This document shows, in pieces, positions 19,817 to 29,764 of a stretch of DNA of 64,000 nt. Within the stretch, counting starts at the first letter, position 1. The number at the start of each line of letters is the position of its first letter. Below the pieces are notes generated by a model. The model ran no database searches. It saw only the letters and a list, made by a program, of their open reading frames with translations, and was not told the DNA's origin. Position numbers and translations under genes: made by a program. Origin of the DNA: an uncultured Acidimicrobiia bacterium (lineage in GTDB: Bacteria > Actinomycetota > Acidimicrobiia > Spongiisociales > UBA5794). The stretch is taken from NCBI GenBank assembly GCA_963708235.1, contig OY970200.1:395146-459145 (forward strand), read 5' to 3'.

Positions 19817-20899
19817 TCACCTCCGTGTCGCCTGTTGGCGGATGAAGTTGTTGAAGATCACGGCGAGGACCAGGATCCCGCCCAGGAACACCTGGAACCA
19901 GTCGCCCTGGACACCGGTGATGACGATGCCTTGTTGCACCATGGCGAAGATCACGGCGCCCAGCATCGCCCCGACCACCGATCCGTAGCCTCCGGTGAGC
20001 AGGGTGCCGCCGACCACCACGGCGATGATCGCCCGGAATTCGAGCCCGGTGCCCCGCAGCGAGTCGGCGCCGTTGAACTGCACGGCATAGATGAGGGCGG
20101 TGATGAATGCGGCGAGGGCGGTGGTCATGAACAGGGCGATCTTGAGCTTGTTGACCGGAACCCCGACGTTGCGGGCGGCATTGGCGTCGCCGCCGACCCC
20201 GAAGATCCAGTTTCCGGCCCGGGTACGCAGCAGCACCCAGGTGGCGACCAGCCCGAGCCCGACCATCCACAGGATGGCGACATCGAAGTTGCCGCCACCG
20301 ATGGCGAACTTGGTTCCGAACAGGGTGCCGATCAGGTCGTAGCCCTCGGTGTTCTGGAGACCACCGAGCTGGGTGCGGTTGGTCCACCCACGGGGGATGG
20401 CCACCGCCAGACCGCGCACGATGAACAGGGTGCCCAGCGTGATGATGAACGACGGGAGCTTGGTCCGGATCACCAGGAGCCCGTTGAACCATCCGACCAG
20501 AAGCGAGAAGACCAGGGCGGCGAGCAGTCCGGGGAGCAGCGGCCAGCCGAGCCCGCCCCCCGACACCGGGGTCACCGCCAACATGATCGCCATTCCGGCG
20601 GCACCGACCACCGAGCCGATGGAGAGGTCGAACTCGCCGGCGATCATCAGCAGGGCCACAGCAATGGCGAGAATCCCCAGCGGAGCGGCCGCATTGAGGA
20701 TGGCGGCGGTCGAGGTCATCGACACGAAGTTGTTGTCCCACGCCACGATGGCGAAGAAGACCCACACCAGCACGAGGGCGACGACCGCCCCGAACTCGGG
20801 TCTGGTCAGCAATCGAGATACCAGGGTTTGCCGCCGGACCCGTTCGTCGGCGTCCGACGCCGGTGGTGGGGCGGCGGGCGGGGCCGTTTGGGTGGTCAA
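19817..20899 (-). CDS. Sugar ABC transporter permease (ribose/xylose type)
   Basis: 360 aa, ~10 TM helices, typical RbsC/XylH-like composition. Confidence 0.8.
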   Translation of the reverse strand: MTTQTAPPAAPPPASDADERVRRQTLVSRLLTRPEFGAVVALVLVWVFFAIVAWDNNFVSMTSTAAILNAAAPLGILAIAVALLMIAGEFDLSIGSVVGAAGMAIMLAVTPVSGGGLGWPLLPGLLAALVFSLLVGWFNGLLVIRTKLPSFIITLGTLFIVRGLAVAIPRGWTNRTQLGGLQNTEGYDLIGTLFGTKFAIGGGNFDVAILWMVGLGLVATWVLLRTRAGNWIFGVGGDANAARNVGVPVNKLKIALFMTTALAAFITALIYAVQFNGADSLRGTGLEFRAIIAVVVGGTLLTGGYGSVVGAMLGAVIFAMVQQGIVITGVQGDWFQVFLGGILVLAVIFNNFIRQQATRR

Positions 20900-20963
20900 C
20901 GTGCTCTCCTCCCTTGTCGAACCTGGGAGGGGGAGTGCGGTCTCCCCCTCCCATTGAACCTAC

Positions 20964-21974
20964 TCAGCGCAGACCGGCCTCCGAGTAGGCGATGACGTCG
21001 GCGGCGGTCTCGGCGGTGACGATCTGCGGCCCGGTGAGGATCACCCGGTCCACCGAACCCAGCGGTAGCGCCCCGGTGTCGAGGAACTTGGTCAGCAGCA
21101 CGATCGGCATGTATCCCTGCAGGTACTGGGCCTGGTCGATGGCGAACAGCATCTCACCGTCGACGATGGCCTGGAGCACCTCGGGACCGAGGTCGAAGGT
21201 CGCCAGTGACAGGTCCAGCCCGGCCTCCTCGACAGCGAGCATCGTCGGCGCCGCTCCGGTCGGTCCCAGAGTGAGGACGCCGTCGATGCCGGTGTTGGCC
21301 TGGAGGGCGCCTCCGACTGCCGACTGGGCCCCCGCCGGATCGTTGAGATCGACCGGCACCACGGTCACCGTACCGCCGAGACCGTCGGTGAAGCCCTCAC
21401 ACCGCGAATCGAGCGCGGCATTGCCGACTTCCTGGTTGATACACAGCGCCGTGGTGACACCCTCGTCGGCCATCCGCTGCCCTGCGATCAACCCGGCCTC
21501 GTATTCGGTCTGACCGACATGGACCAGCACTCCGAGGTCGGCGAACACGTCGGAACCCGAGTTCATCGAGATCACCGGAATCCCGGCATCGACGGCGGCG
21601 GTGATCGAGGCGCTCAGTGCGTCCGCATCGGGGATGGTGACCACCAGACCGTCGGGCTGTGACGCCACCGCGGCATCGATGAGCTGGCTCATCGCCGCCA
21701 TGTCGAAGGTGCCGGGTGCCTGGTATTCGACTGTGACGCCCATGTCGTCGGCGCCAGCGTTGACACCGTTGGCGGCGACCGACCAGAACGGATCCGATGA
21801 CTGGCCGTGGGAGACCACCACGAACCGGTAGTCGCGTTGGCTCACCCCGTTGTCGGTGCCGTCACCGCCGGCGGAAGTGGTGTCGGTGTCGTCGCCGCTT
21901 GTGTCGTCGCCGTTGCAGGCGGTGCCGACGAGCGCCAGCACCAGTAACAGGAGCATCCAGGTTCGGTTCTTCAT
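20964..21974 (-). CDS. Sugar ABC transporter substrate-binding lipoprotein (periplasmic-binding-protein type I)
   Basis: [22 protein letters not shown] lipobox. RbsB-like fold pattern. Confidence 0.75.
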   Translation of the reverse strand: MKNRTWMLLLLVLALVGTACNGDDTSGDDTDTTSAGGDGTDNGVSQRDYRFVVVSHGQSSDPFWSVAANGVNAGADDMGVTVEYQAPGTFDMAAMSQLIDAAVASQPDGLVVTIPDADALSASITAAVDAGIPVISMNSGSDVFADLGVLVHVGQTEYEAGLIAGQRMADEGVTTALCINQEVGNAALDSRCEGFTDGLGGTVTVVPVDLNDPAGAQSAVGGALQANTGIDGVLTLGPTGAAPTMLAVEEAGLDLSLATFDLGPEVLQAIVDGEMLFAIDQAQYLQGYMPIVLLTKFLDTGALPLGSVDRVILTGPQIVTAETAADVIAYSEAGLR

Positions 21975-22040
21975 ATACCTCATCTCCTCACGTTCGCTCC
22001 GATGCGCCGGGGGTGGGGCATCGTCCTTCTTCCCGGTCGC

Positions 22041-22952
22041 TCAGGGGGCCGGGACGCTCTGTAGAAATCTGAGGGATACGGCGACATCGAGGACGGGTCC
22101 CGCACCGTGTTCGGGAGCCCCGGAGAGCACCTGGTCCTGCTCCAGCACATACCAGCCCCGATATCCGACGGCGTCGAGCTCCCGGACGATGGCCGCCACA
22201 TCGACGTCGCCCTCGCCGAGAGGCCGGTACAGCCCGGCGGCGACGGCGTCGTGGTAGCTGATGTCTCCGGTGCGGACCTTGCCGGCCATCGCCGCATCGA
22301 CGTCCTTCATGTGGACGTGACCGATGCGGGTGGCGTGGCGGCGGGCCAGCTCGAGGGGATCGCCGCCACCAACCATCACATGGCCGGTGTCGAGACACAG
22401 CGCCACCTCGCTCACCTCGAGAAGTCGCTCGATCTGTTCGGTGGTCTCGACGACGGTCCCGTAGTGCGGGTGCAGTGTGGTGCGCATCGCGATCCCGGTG
22501 GCGGCCACCATGGCCTCCACCTCGGTGAGGGCCGAGGCGAGATGGTCCCACTGCCGGTCGTCGAGCTCCGGGGAGTCCTCGTAGCCTTCGGCCCCGGTGG
22601 ATGCCGCCATCACCACCGCTTCGGCGCCGGCCATGGCGAGCAGATCGATGCGGTCCCGCACCGCCGGACGGTCGACTGCCCACTGCAGCGGATCGTGCAG
22701 CACCGCCGGGATGAATCCGGCCACCAACACCAGCCCGTAGCCCCCGATGAGCCGGTTGATCCGGGGGGCGTCGTCCGGGAGGAACCCGTCGGGTCCCAGC
22801 TCGGTGGCGGACAGCCCGAGTGACGACATCTCGGCCAGCACCCGGTCGGGTTCGAGCTGATGACCCCATCCGGGCACCTCGCAGATTCCCCACGAGATGG
22901 GCGCCCCGGCGACGGGCCGGTACGGAAGGGGTGCAGTGGTCGCTTCGGTCAT
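22041..22952 (-). CDS. Sugar phosphate isomerase/epimerase (xylose-isomerase-like TIM barrel), IolE-like inosose dehydratase candidate
   Basis: Start at internal Met (MTEATTAPLPY) 22952, ATGA overlap with the iolG stop. The upstream part of the track ORF is Arg-rich junk. Confidence 0.55.
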   Translation of the reverse strand: MTEATTAPLPYRPVAGAPISWGICEVPGWGHQLEPDRVLAEMSSLGLSATELGPDGFLPDDAPRINRLIGGYGLVLVAGFIPAVLHDPLQWAVDRPAVRDRIDLLAMAGAEAVVMAASTGAEGYEDSPELDDRQWDHLASALTEVEAMVAATGIAMRTTLHPHYGTVVETTEQIERLLEVSEVALCLDTGHVMVGGGDPLELARRHATRIGHVHMKDVDAAMAGKVRTGDISYHDAVAAGLYRPLGEGDVDVAAIVRELDAVGYRGWYVLEQDQVLSGAPEHGAGPVLDVAVSLRFLQSVPAP

Positions 22953-23947
22953 ACGGCCACCTCGTCGAGTCGGACCGGTCGGTGCTCGGTGCGCGACAGA
23001 TCGCAGGCAACGGCCACCCGCAGCGCCTCCATGGCGTCGGCGACGGTACATGGATTCGGTCGGCGACCGGCGGCGACCTCGACAAAGGCCCGCAACTCCG
23101 CCTCGTAGGCGGAACGGAAGCGTTCCTGGAAGTTCGGGTAGGGATCGTCGGGCATCTCTGGTCCGCCGGGTTCGAGTGAACGGAGCGGGGTGCGGTCGTC
23201 CCACCCGACGGCGACGCTGTCACCGGACCCGAAGAGTTCCATGCGGATGTCGTACCCGTGGGGGTCGTGGCGGGTGCTCGACAGGATTCCCCTCGCTCCC
23301 GAATCGAGGGTGAGGATGGCGACGCCGGTGTCGATGTCGTCGTACTTGGCGAACACCGGGAAACCGAGCACAGCGCCGTCGGCATAGACCTCCACCACGT
23401 CCTGTCCGGTGACGAATCGGAGTGCATCGAAGTCGTGAACCCCGAAATCGCGGAACAGACCGCCCGAGGTGGGGATGTAGCCCTCGTGGGGCGGCTCCGG
23501 ATCGTGGCCCACCATCCGGATGATGTAGATCGTCCCCAGCCCACCCGAGGCCACCAGGTCGTGGGCGGCCCGGTAGCCGGGATCGAAGCGACGCTGGAAT
23601 CCCATCTGGACCGTGACCCCGCTGGCGGCGACATGGTCGACGATCGCTGCCGTCGATTCCAGGTCGAGCGATACCGGCTTCTCGCAGAAGGTCGGTTTCC
23701 CGGCGGCGGTGGTGAGGCGGATCAGGTCGGCGTGCGCCGAAGTGGCGGCGGTGATGACCACGGCGTCGACGGTGTCGATCAGGGTGGCGATGTCGTCAAC
23801 GGCGACGAGGCCGAGTTCGGCGGCGACCGTATCGGCCCGGTGCGGGTCCAGGTCGCCGATCGAGACCCGGTCGACTCCCGGGGAGGCCTCGAGGATCTTG
23901 GCATGGAGACCGCCGATGCGGCCTACGCCGATGACACCGATGTGCAT
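22949..23947 (-). CDS. iolG: myo-inositol 2-dehydrogenase (Gfo/Idh/MocA family)
   Basis: N-terminal Rossmann MHIGVIGVGRIGGLHA. GFQRRFDPGY-type motifs. Confidence 0.8.
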   Translation of the reverse strand: MHIGVIGVGRIGGLHAKILEASPGVDRVSIGDLDPHRADTVAAELGLVAVDDIATLIDTVDAVVITAATSAHADLIRLTTAAGKPTFCEKPVSLDLESTAAIVDHVAASGVTVQMGFQRRFDPGYRAAHDLVASGGLGTIYIIRMVGHDPEPPHEGYIPTSGGLFRDFGVHDFDALRFVTGQDVVEVYADGAVLGFPVFAKYDDIDTGVAILTLDSGARGILSSTRHDPHGYDIRMELFGSGDSVAVGWDDRTPLRSLEPGGPEMPDDPYPNFQERFRSAYEAELRAFVEVAAGRRPNPCTVADAMEALRVAVACDLSRTEHRPVRLDEVAV

Positions 23948-23996
23948 GGCTGGAGGCTCCCCGGGGGGTAGGGATCGAGATCACGGTCGAAATCTG

Positions 23997-24010
23997 TTGG
24001 AACGTTCCAA
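23997..24010. promoter_or_regulatory. Perfect 14-bp palindrome TTGGAACGTTCCAA, candidate LacI-family operator in the divergent iolG/iolD promoter region
   Basis: Read directly from the sequence. CG-centred palindrome typical of LacI/GalR-type operators. ~50 bp upstream of the iolG start, 165 bp upstream of iolD. An overlapping second near-palindrome CCAACGTTTGG at 24007..24017. Confidence 0.45.
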
Positions 24011-24174
24011 CGTTTGGGCTAAGTTACGACGGGACGGCAAGTGCTGTCAAGCGGAACCGCCGGTTTTCTGAACCCCTCACCCAGCCTGCTCACAGGGGCC
24101 CATCCACCGGATGGGTACCCCACAGCGAATGCAGGCCCCGATCAGACCCCCCGAAAGCGTGGAGGACCGAGACG

Positions 24175-26055
24175 ATGGAGACGGTGCGGCTGACCACCGC
24201 CCAGGCGTTGGTGCGGTATCTCGTCGCCCAACGCACCGAGGTCGATGGGGTCGAGGTCCCGGTGTTTCCCGGTGTGTTCGGGATCTTCGGCCACGGCAAC
24301 GTCACCGCTCTCGGTGAGGCCCTCTACCCGGTTCGCAAGCTGCTTCCCACCTGGCGGGGGCAGAACGAACAGTCGATGGCGATGGCCGCCATCGGGTTCG
24401 CCAAGGCGCGCCGGCGTCGCCAGGTGATGATCGCCACCTCGTCGATCGGACCGGGCGCCCTCAATATGGTCACCGCCGCCGGTATCGCCATGGCCAACCG
24501 GCTCCCGGTGCTGCTCATCGCCGGCGACACCTTCGCCAACCGACTCCCCGACCCGGTGCTCCAGCAGGCCGAACGTTTCGACGATCCCACGGTGACCGTC
24601 AACGATGCGTTCCGACCGGTGGTCCGCTACTGGGATCGCATCACCCACCCCGCCCAGGTGCTCCAGTCGCTCCCGCAGGCCGTGGCGACCCTGCTCGATC
24701 CGGCGGACACCGGTCCGGTCTTCATCGGGCTCCCCCAGGACATCCAGGCGGAGGCGTACGACTACCCGGCGGTGTTCTTCGAGACCCGGGTGCACCGCAT
24801 CCGCCGCCAGAGCCCCGATCCCGCCGAGGTGGAGGTGGCCGCATCGCTGCTCCGTGACGCCGAGCGCCCGTTGATCATCGCCGGCGGCGGGGTGAGGTAC
24901 TCGGAGGCGGAGGAGGCGCTGCGGACCTTTGCCGTCACCCACGGGATCCCCGTCGTCGAGACCGTGGCCGGGAAGGGCTCGCTGGGATGGGATCACCCCC
25001 ACAACGCCGGTCCCATCGGGGTCACCGGGTCGTCGAGCGCCAACGCCCTTGCCGCCGAGGCCGATGTGGTGGTGGCCGTCGGCACCCGGCTCCAGGACTT
25101 CACCACCGGGTCGTGGAGTGTCTTCCACAACGACCGGATGACGCTGGTGTCGATCAACGTCGCCAGATACGACGTGGCCAAACACCGCAGCCATCCGGTG
25201 CTCGGAGATGCCCGGGAGAGCCTGGCCGCCCTTGCCGCCGCCACCGGAGACTGGACGGCACCGCCGGGCTGGCTGGCATCGGCGCAGCGGCTCACCGCCG
25301 AATGGTGGGGCTACATCGACCAGGTCCAGTCGGGCGACCATCCCACCCCCACCGGGTTGCCGTCGTATGCCCAGGTGATCGGGGTGGTCAATCATCTTGC
25401 CGGGCCGGCCGACTACGCCGTGGCGGCCGCCGGTGGGTTTCCCGGGGAGCTCAACAAGATGTGGCGGACCGACCGGTCCGGGAGCTTCGACTGCGAGTAC
25501 GGGTTCAGTTGCATGGGATACGAGATCGGCGGCGCCTGGGGTGCGGCCATGGCGTCCACCCACGAGACAGGGGAGGAGGACCGCCGTCGCAATGTGATCA
25601 GCTTCTGTGGCGACGGTTCCTACATGATGCTCAGCCCCGATGTGTTTTCCTCGGTGCTCACCGGTCACAAGATGATCATGGTGCTCTGCGACAACGGCGG
25701 GTACGCCGTGATCCAGCGCCTCCAGGAGTTCAAGGGCTCTGCCCCGTTCAACAACCGCTACGACGAGGGCACCCTGCGGGCCGTGGAGATCGAGCCCGAC
25801 TACGCCGCCCACGCCGAATCGATGGGTGCGATCGTGGAACGGGCGGCCGATCTCGAAGATCTCGCCGCGGCGTTCCGGCGGGCTCAGCAGGCGGAGCGGA
25901 CCACCGTCATCGTGATCCGCACCGACCCGTCGACATGGACCGAGGGCGACGCCTGGTGGGATGTGGCGGTGCCCGAGGTGAGCGACCGCCACGAGGTACG
26001 CCTGGCCAGAGCCGCCCACGAAGCCGAACGCAAACATCAGCGGCGCGGGGTGTGA
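24175..26055 (+). CDS. iolD: 3D-(3,5/4)-trihydroxycyclohexane-1,2-dione acylhydrolase (TPP-dependent)
   Basis: 626 aa ThDP-enzyme architecture (..GDGSYMM.. ThDP-binding motif). Confidence 0.85.
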   Translation: METVRLTTAQALVRYLVAQRTEVDGVEVPVFPGVFGIFGHGNVTALGEALYPVRKLLPTWRGQNEQSMAMAAIGFAKARRRRQVMIATSSIGPGALNMVTAAGIAMANRLPVLLIAGDTFANRLPDPVLQQAERFDDPTVTVNDAFRPVVRYWDRITHPAQVLQSLPQAVATLLDPADTGPVFIGLPQDIQAEAYDYPAVFFETRVHRIRRQSPDPAEVEVAASLLRDAERPLIIAGGGVRYSEAEEALRTFAVTHGIPVVETVAGKGSLGWDHPHNAGPIGVTGSSSANALAAEADVVVAVGTRLQDFTTGSWSVFHNDRMTLVSINVARYDVAKHRSHPVLGDARESLAALAAATGDWTAPPGWLASAQRLTAEWWGYIDQVQSGDHPTPTGLPSYAQVIGVVNHLAGPADYAVAAAGGFPGELNKMWRTDRSGSFDCEYGFSCMGYEIGGAWGAAMASTHETGEEDRRRNVISFCGDGSYMMLSPDVFSSVLTGHKMIMVLCDNGGYAVIQRLQEFKGSAPFNNRYDEGTLRAVEIEPDYAAHAESMGAIVERAADLEDLAAAFRRAQQAERTTVIVIRTDPSTWTEGDAWWDVAVPEVSDRHEVRLARAAHEAERKHQRRGV

Positions 26056-26056
26056 G

Positions 26057-27187
26057 ATGACGCACAGGAACGGGCCGACCATCGTCGACGTCGCCGCCAG
26101 GGCCGGTGTGTCGAAGTCGTTGGTCTCGTTGGTGATGCGTCAGGCGCCGAATGTCAGCGAGGAGAAGCGGACCGCCGTGTTGCGCGCCGCCTCCGAGCTC
26201 GGATACCGTCCCAACGCCGCCGCCCGGACCTTGGTGCGTCGGCGGTCCAACATCATTGGGGTGCTGCTCTCTGATCTGCACAACCCGTTCTTCACCGAGG
26301 TCGTCGGAGGTATCTCCGATGCGGCGTTGAGCCGTGACTACCGGGCGCTGATCAACACCGGGGAACGCACCGTCGCCGGCGAGCAGGTGGCCACGGAGAC
26401 GCTGCTCCAACTACGCACCGACGGGATCATCCTGGTCGGCACCGTGGTCGGTGCGTCACTGATCGACCGGGTCGGTGCCGAGACCCCGACGGTGCTGGCC
26501 TCGCGGGCCAGCAGATCCAAGGTGGTGGACAGCGTCGTCACCGACGACGACATGGGAGCGCAACTCGCCGTCGACCACCTGGTCGGGTTGGGTCACCGCC
26601 GCATCGCCCACATCACGGGTGGGCGCGGCGCCGGCGCCCGTACCCGTCGGCGTGGGTACGAACGGGCGATGAGCCGCCACGGGCTCACCGCCCTGGTCGC
26701 CGATGGCGACTACACCGAGGCCGGAGGCATCGCCGGTGTCGACCTGCTCTTCTCGGGACGCTCGCGTCCCACCGCAGTGGTGGCCGCCAACGACCTCAAT
26801 GCGATCGGGGTTCTCCAGGCACTCGCCGCCCGTGGCGTCTCCGTCCCCGACGAGGTGTCGGTGGTCGGATACGACGACACCTTCCTGGCGGCCCTCGAGC
26901 ACATCGGTCTCACCAGCGTCCATCAGGAACGCGCCGTGATGGGCCGCACCGCCGTCGAACTGCTGGTGGAGCGCATCGACGGAGGACGGAGCGAGGCCCG
27001 CCACGTCGTACTCGAACCCGGTCTTACGATTCGGACCACCACGGCCCCGCCTCCGCCCACATCGAGTTCGGGAGCGCCCGGCGCCGTTCCCACATCGATC
27101 GGCCCATCCACGACATCCGCCCGAGCCAGAACCTCCCGGCCGACTGCAGCCAATGCGGTCGCCGTCCCGAAAGGAACTCCCGCATGA
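26057..27187 (+). CDS. LacI-family transcriptional regulator (probable iol repressor) with a Pro/Ser/Thr-rich C-terminal tail
   Basis: HTH TIVDVAARAGVSKSLVSLVM. Periplasmic-binding-like effector domain. Start 1 nt after the iolD stop. ATGA overlap with iolA. Confidence 0.8.
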   Translation: MTHRNGPTIVDVAARAGVSKSLVSLVMRQAPNVSEEKRTAVLRAASELGYRPNAAARTLVRRRSNIIGVLLSDLHNPFFTEVVGGISDAALSRDYRALINTGERTVAGEQVATETLLQLRTDGIILVGTVVGASLIDRVGAETPTVLASRASRSKVVDSVVTDDDMGAQLAVDHLVGLGHRRIAHITGGRGAGARTRRRGYERAMSRHGLTALVADGDYTEAGGIAGVDLLFSGRSRPTAVVAANDLNAIGVLQALAARGVSVPDEVSVVGYDDTFLAALEHIGLTSVHQERAVMGRTAVELLVERIDGGRSEARHVVLEPGLTIRTTTAPPPPTSSSGAPGAVPTSIGPSTTSARARTSRPTAANAVAVPKGTPA

Positions 27188-28680
27188 GCACCATCCACCA
27201 CTGGGTCAACGGCACGACATGGGAGGGGAGTGGGGACCGCAGCGGTCCGGTCTTCGATCCCGCCACCGGGCGGGAGGCCGCCCGGGTTGCCTTCGCCGAC
27301 ACCGGGGACGTGGACCACGTCGTCGCCGCCGCCGTTGCGGCGTTCCCGGCATGGCGGGACACCCCGGTCACCCGTCGCCAGGCCATCCTGTTCTCCTTTC
27401 GCGAGCTGCTGGTCGCCCACCGCCACGATCTCGCCAAGCTGGTCACGGCCGAGCACGGCAAGACCACCGACGACGCCCTCGGCGAGGTCCAGCGCGGTAT
27501 CGAAGTCGTCGAGTTCGCCTGTGGCATCCCCCATCTGCTCAAAGGTGACTTCTCGGAACAGGTCTCCACCGGGGTCGACACCTACCGGCTACGCCAGCCG
27601 CTGGGGGTCGTCGCCGGGATCACCCCCTTCAACTTCCCGTCGATGGTTCCGATGTGGATGTATCCGATGGCGATCGCCTGTGGGAACACCTTTGTGCTCA
27701 AGCCATCCGAGAAGGACCCCTCGGCGTCGATGTACGCCGCCGAGCTGTTCAGCGAAGCCGGGCTTCCCGACGGTGTGCTCAACGTGGTGCACGGCGACAA
27801 GGTGGCGGTGGACGCAATCCTGAACCACTCCGACATCGCCGCCGTGTCATTTGTCGGATCGACCCCGATCGCCCGGTACATCTACGAGACCGGCACCGCC
27901 CAGGGCAAGCGGGTACAGGCGCTGGGCGGCGCCAAGAACCACATGGTGGTGCTCCCCGATGCCGACATGGACCTCGCCGCCGACGCCGCCGTGTCGGCCG
28001 GATACGGTTCGGCGGGGGAGCGCTGCATGGCGATCTCGGTGGTGGTGACGGTCGGCGACGCCGCCGATCGGCTCCGTCCCAAGATCGAGGAAAGGATCAC
28101 CGGGCTGCGGGTCGGTCCCGGGTCGGCGGAAGGCTCCGACATGGGACCGCTGATCACCGCCGAACACCGCAGCAAGGTCTCCGGGTACATCGACGCAGGG
28201 GAGGCGTCCGGCGCCACGCTGGTCACCGATGGCCGCGGGCTGGTCGTCGACGGCCACGACGACGGCTTCTATCTCGGTCCGACCCTGTTCGACCATGTGA
28301 AGTCCGACATGAGCATCTACCTGGAGGAGATCTTCGGCCCGGTGCTCGGGTTGGTGCGGCTGGAAACCTACGAGGAAGCCATCGCCATGGTCAACGAGAA
28401 CCAGTACGGCAACGGCACCGCCGTGTTCACCAACGACGGAGGCGCCGCCCGCAAGTTCCAGAACGAGATCCAGGTCGGCATGGTCGGCATCAACGTCCCG
28501 ATCCCCGTCCCGCTCTCCTTCTACAGCTTCGGCGGTTGGAAGAACTCCATCTTCGGCTCCCACGCCATCTACGGCCCCGAAGGCATCCACTTCTACACCC
28601 GCCAGAAAGTCGTCATCTCCCGCTGGCCCGACCCCATCCACCGCGGCGTCGACCTCGGCTTCCCCCAACACGGCACCTGA
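27184..28680 (+). CDS. iolA: Methylmalonate-semialdehyde dehydrogenase (CoA-acylating)
   Basis: ALDH family, catalytic Cys in GERCMA, MmsA-like length of 498 aa. Confidence 0.85.
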   Translation: MSTIHHWVNGTTWEGSGDRSGPVFDPATGREAARVAFADTGDVDHVVAAAVAAFPAWRDTPVTRRQAILFSFRELLVAHRHDLAKLVTAEHGKTTDDALGEVQRGIEVVEFACGIPHLLKGDFSEQVSTGVDTYRLRQPLGVVAGITPFNFPSMVPMWMYPMAIACGNTFVLKPSEKDPSASMYAAELFSEAGLPDGVLNVVHGDKVAVDAILNHSDIAAVSFVGSTPIARYIYETGTAQGKRVQALGGAKNHMVVLPDADMDLAADAAVSAGYGSAGERCMAISVVVTVGDAADRLRPKIEERITGLRVGPGSAEGSDMGPLITAEHRSKVSGYIDAGEASGATLVTDGRGLVVDGHDDGFYLGPTLFDHVKSDMSIYLEEIFGPVLGLVRLETYEEAIAMVNENQYGNGTAVFTNDGGAARKFQNEIQVGMVGINVPIPVPLSFYSFGGWKNSIFGSHAIYGPEGIHFYTRQKVVISRWPDPIHRGVDLGFPQHGT

Positions 28681-28820
28681 CAACGCCGGCAGGTGCCGCA
28701 CGCGACAGGTCGGCCTTCAGGGACAACAAGCTTGCGCCCCGCCCCACCTCCTCCCAGAACCTCGGAGGCACCCCGCCCCCCGGGGCGGGGAGGGCCGAAG
28801 AGCGAACGCACGTAGGCAGA

Positions 28821-29096
28821 TTCCGAAACGAAGCCGCGTTCGCGAACCTTGCCGGGGTCGCCCCCATCGAGGCGTCCTCCGGGCTCATCACCCGACACCG
28901 CCTCAACCGCTACGGCGACCGGCAACTCAACCAGGCACTCCACACCATTGTCCTCTGCCGGCTCCGCTACGACCCCGAGACCCGCGCCTACGCCGCCCGA
29001 CGCGCCGCAGAAGGCAAAAAACCAGCCGAGATCCGACGCTGCCTCAAGCGCTACATCGCCCGCCACATCTACCGCCTCCTCGAAAACCCCACTTGA
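28821..29096 (+). mobile_element. IS110-family transposase C-terminal fragment (remnant, ~91 aa)
   Basis: FRNEAAFANLAGVAPIEASSGLITRHRLNRYGDRQLNQALHTIVLCRLRYDPETRAYAARRAAEGKKPAEIRRCLKRYIARHIYRLL matches the conserved C-terminus of DEDD (IS110/IS1111) transposases. No N-terminal catalytic part is present. Confidence 0.6.
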
Positions 29097-29111
29097 CATC
29101 CATAGGAGCGT

Positions 29112-29460
29112 CCCCCCGGGGTGCGTCGGAATACCTCCGGATCGGCAATCTGGGCGCTCCGAAACCCTTGTGCCCCAACGGCCCGAAATCGGCGGACGGA
29201 GTAGATCGACAGACCCCCTGGGGCGGGGGAGGGCCGAAGAGCGAACGCACGTACAGGGAGGCGAATAGCCTCCTCCCAGAACCCCGGAGGCACTCCGCCC
29301 CCCGGGGTGCGTCGGAATACCTCCGGATCGGCAATCTGGGCGCTCCGAAACCCCTTGTGCCCCAACGGCCCGAAATCGGCGGACGGAGTAGATCGACAGA
29401 CCCCCCGGGGCGGGGAGGGCCGAAGAGCGAACGCACGTACAGGGAGGCGAATAGCCTCCT
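29112..29460. repeat. Tandem duplication, ~186-bp unit x ~1.9, near-identical, immediately downstream of the IS110 fragment
   Basis: Unit begins CCCCCCGGGGTGCGTCGGAATACCTCCGGATCGGCAATCTGGGCGCTCCGAAACC at 29112 and again at 29298. A partial related copy at ~28746..28830. Confidence 0.7.
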
Positions 29461-29552
29461 TCCTGGGCGAGGGGAGACCCGATGCCAGGCAGGAGAACCC
29501 TTGCTGGCCCTCCTTTGGGGGCACTCTCGTGCGTGTCAGGCTCAGTAAGCCA

Positions 29553-29655
29553 GGTCCCCTTTCTGGCCCTCCCCGCCCTGGGGGGCGGGGTGGCTGCGGA
29601 CGCTTTGCGGACGCAGACGGGGCGGGGCGCGGCGTCGATGTCCCTGCGCTTGCAG
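29553..29655. repeat. Dispersed repeat X, copy A (GC hairpin + GGGGTGGCTGCGGACGCTTTGCGGACGCAGACGGGGCGG...)
   Basis: ~85% identical over ~100 bp to 40232..40345. An associated 35-bp Y segment (CAGGTCGGCCTTCAGGGACAACAAGCTTGCGCCCCGCCCC) at 28706..28746 matches 40395..40435. Confidence 0.55.
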
Positions 29656-29764
29656 TGTCACCACAACTGGCTCGCCAGACTGGCCCCTCCCTGCCCCGAG
29701 TGAGGGGCAGGGAGGGGCGGCAGGTACGAGATCGCCCGCACTGAACGGTGCGGGAGATCTTGGG

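Noticed and set aside
21988-23634. 548-aa minus-strand ORF across iolE-like/iolG
   Set aside because: Arg/Pro/Ser-rich off-frame artefact. The in-frame iolE-like and iolG genes are recognisable.
26057-27187. LacI regulator C-terminal 40 aa as a frameshift product
   Set aside because: No alternative frame gives a better C-terminus, and the stop overlaps the iolA ATG (ATGA), consistent with an intact coupled gene. The Pro/Ser/Thr tail is tolerated as a disordered extension.
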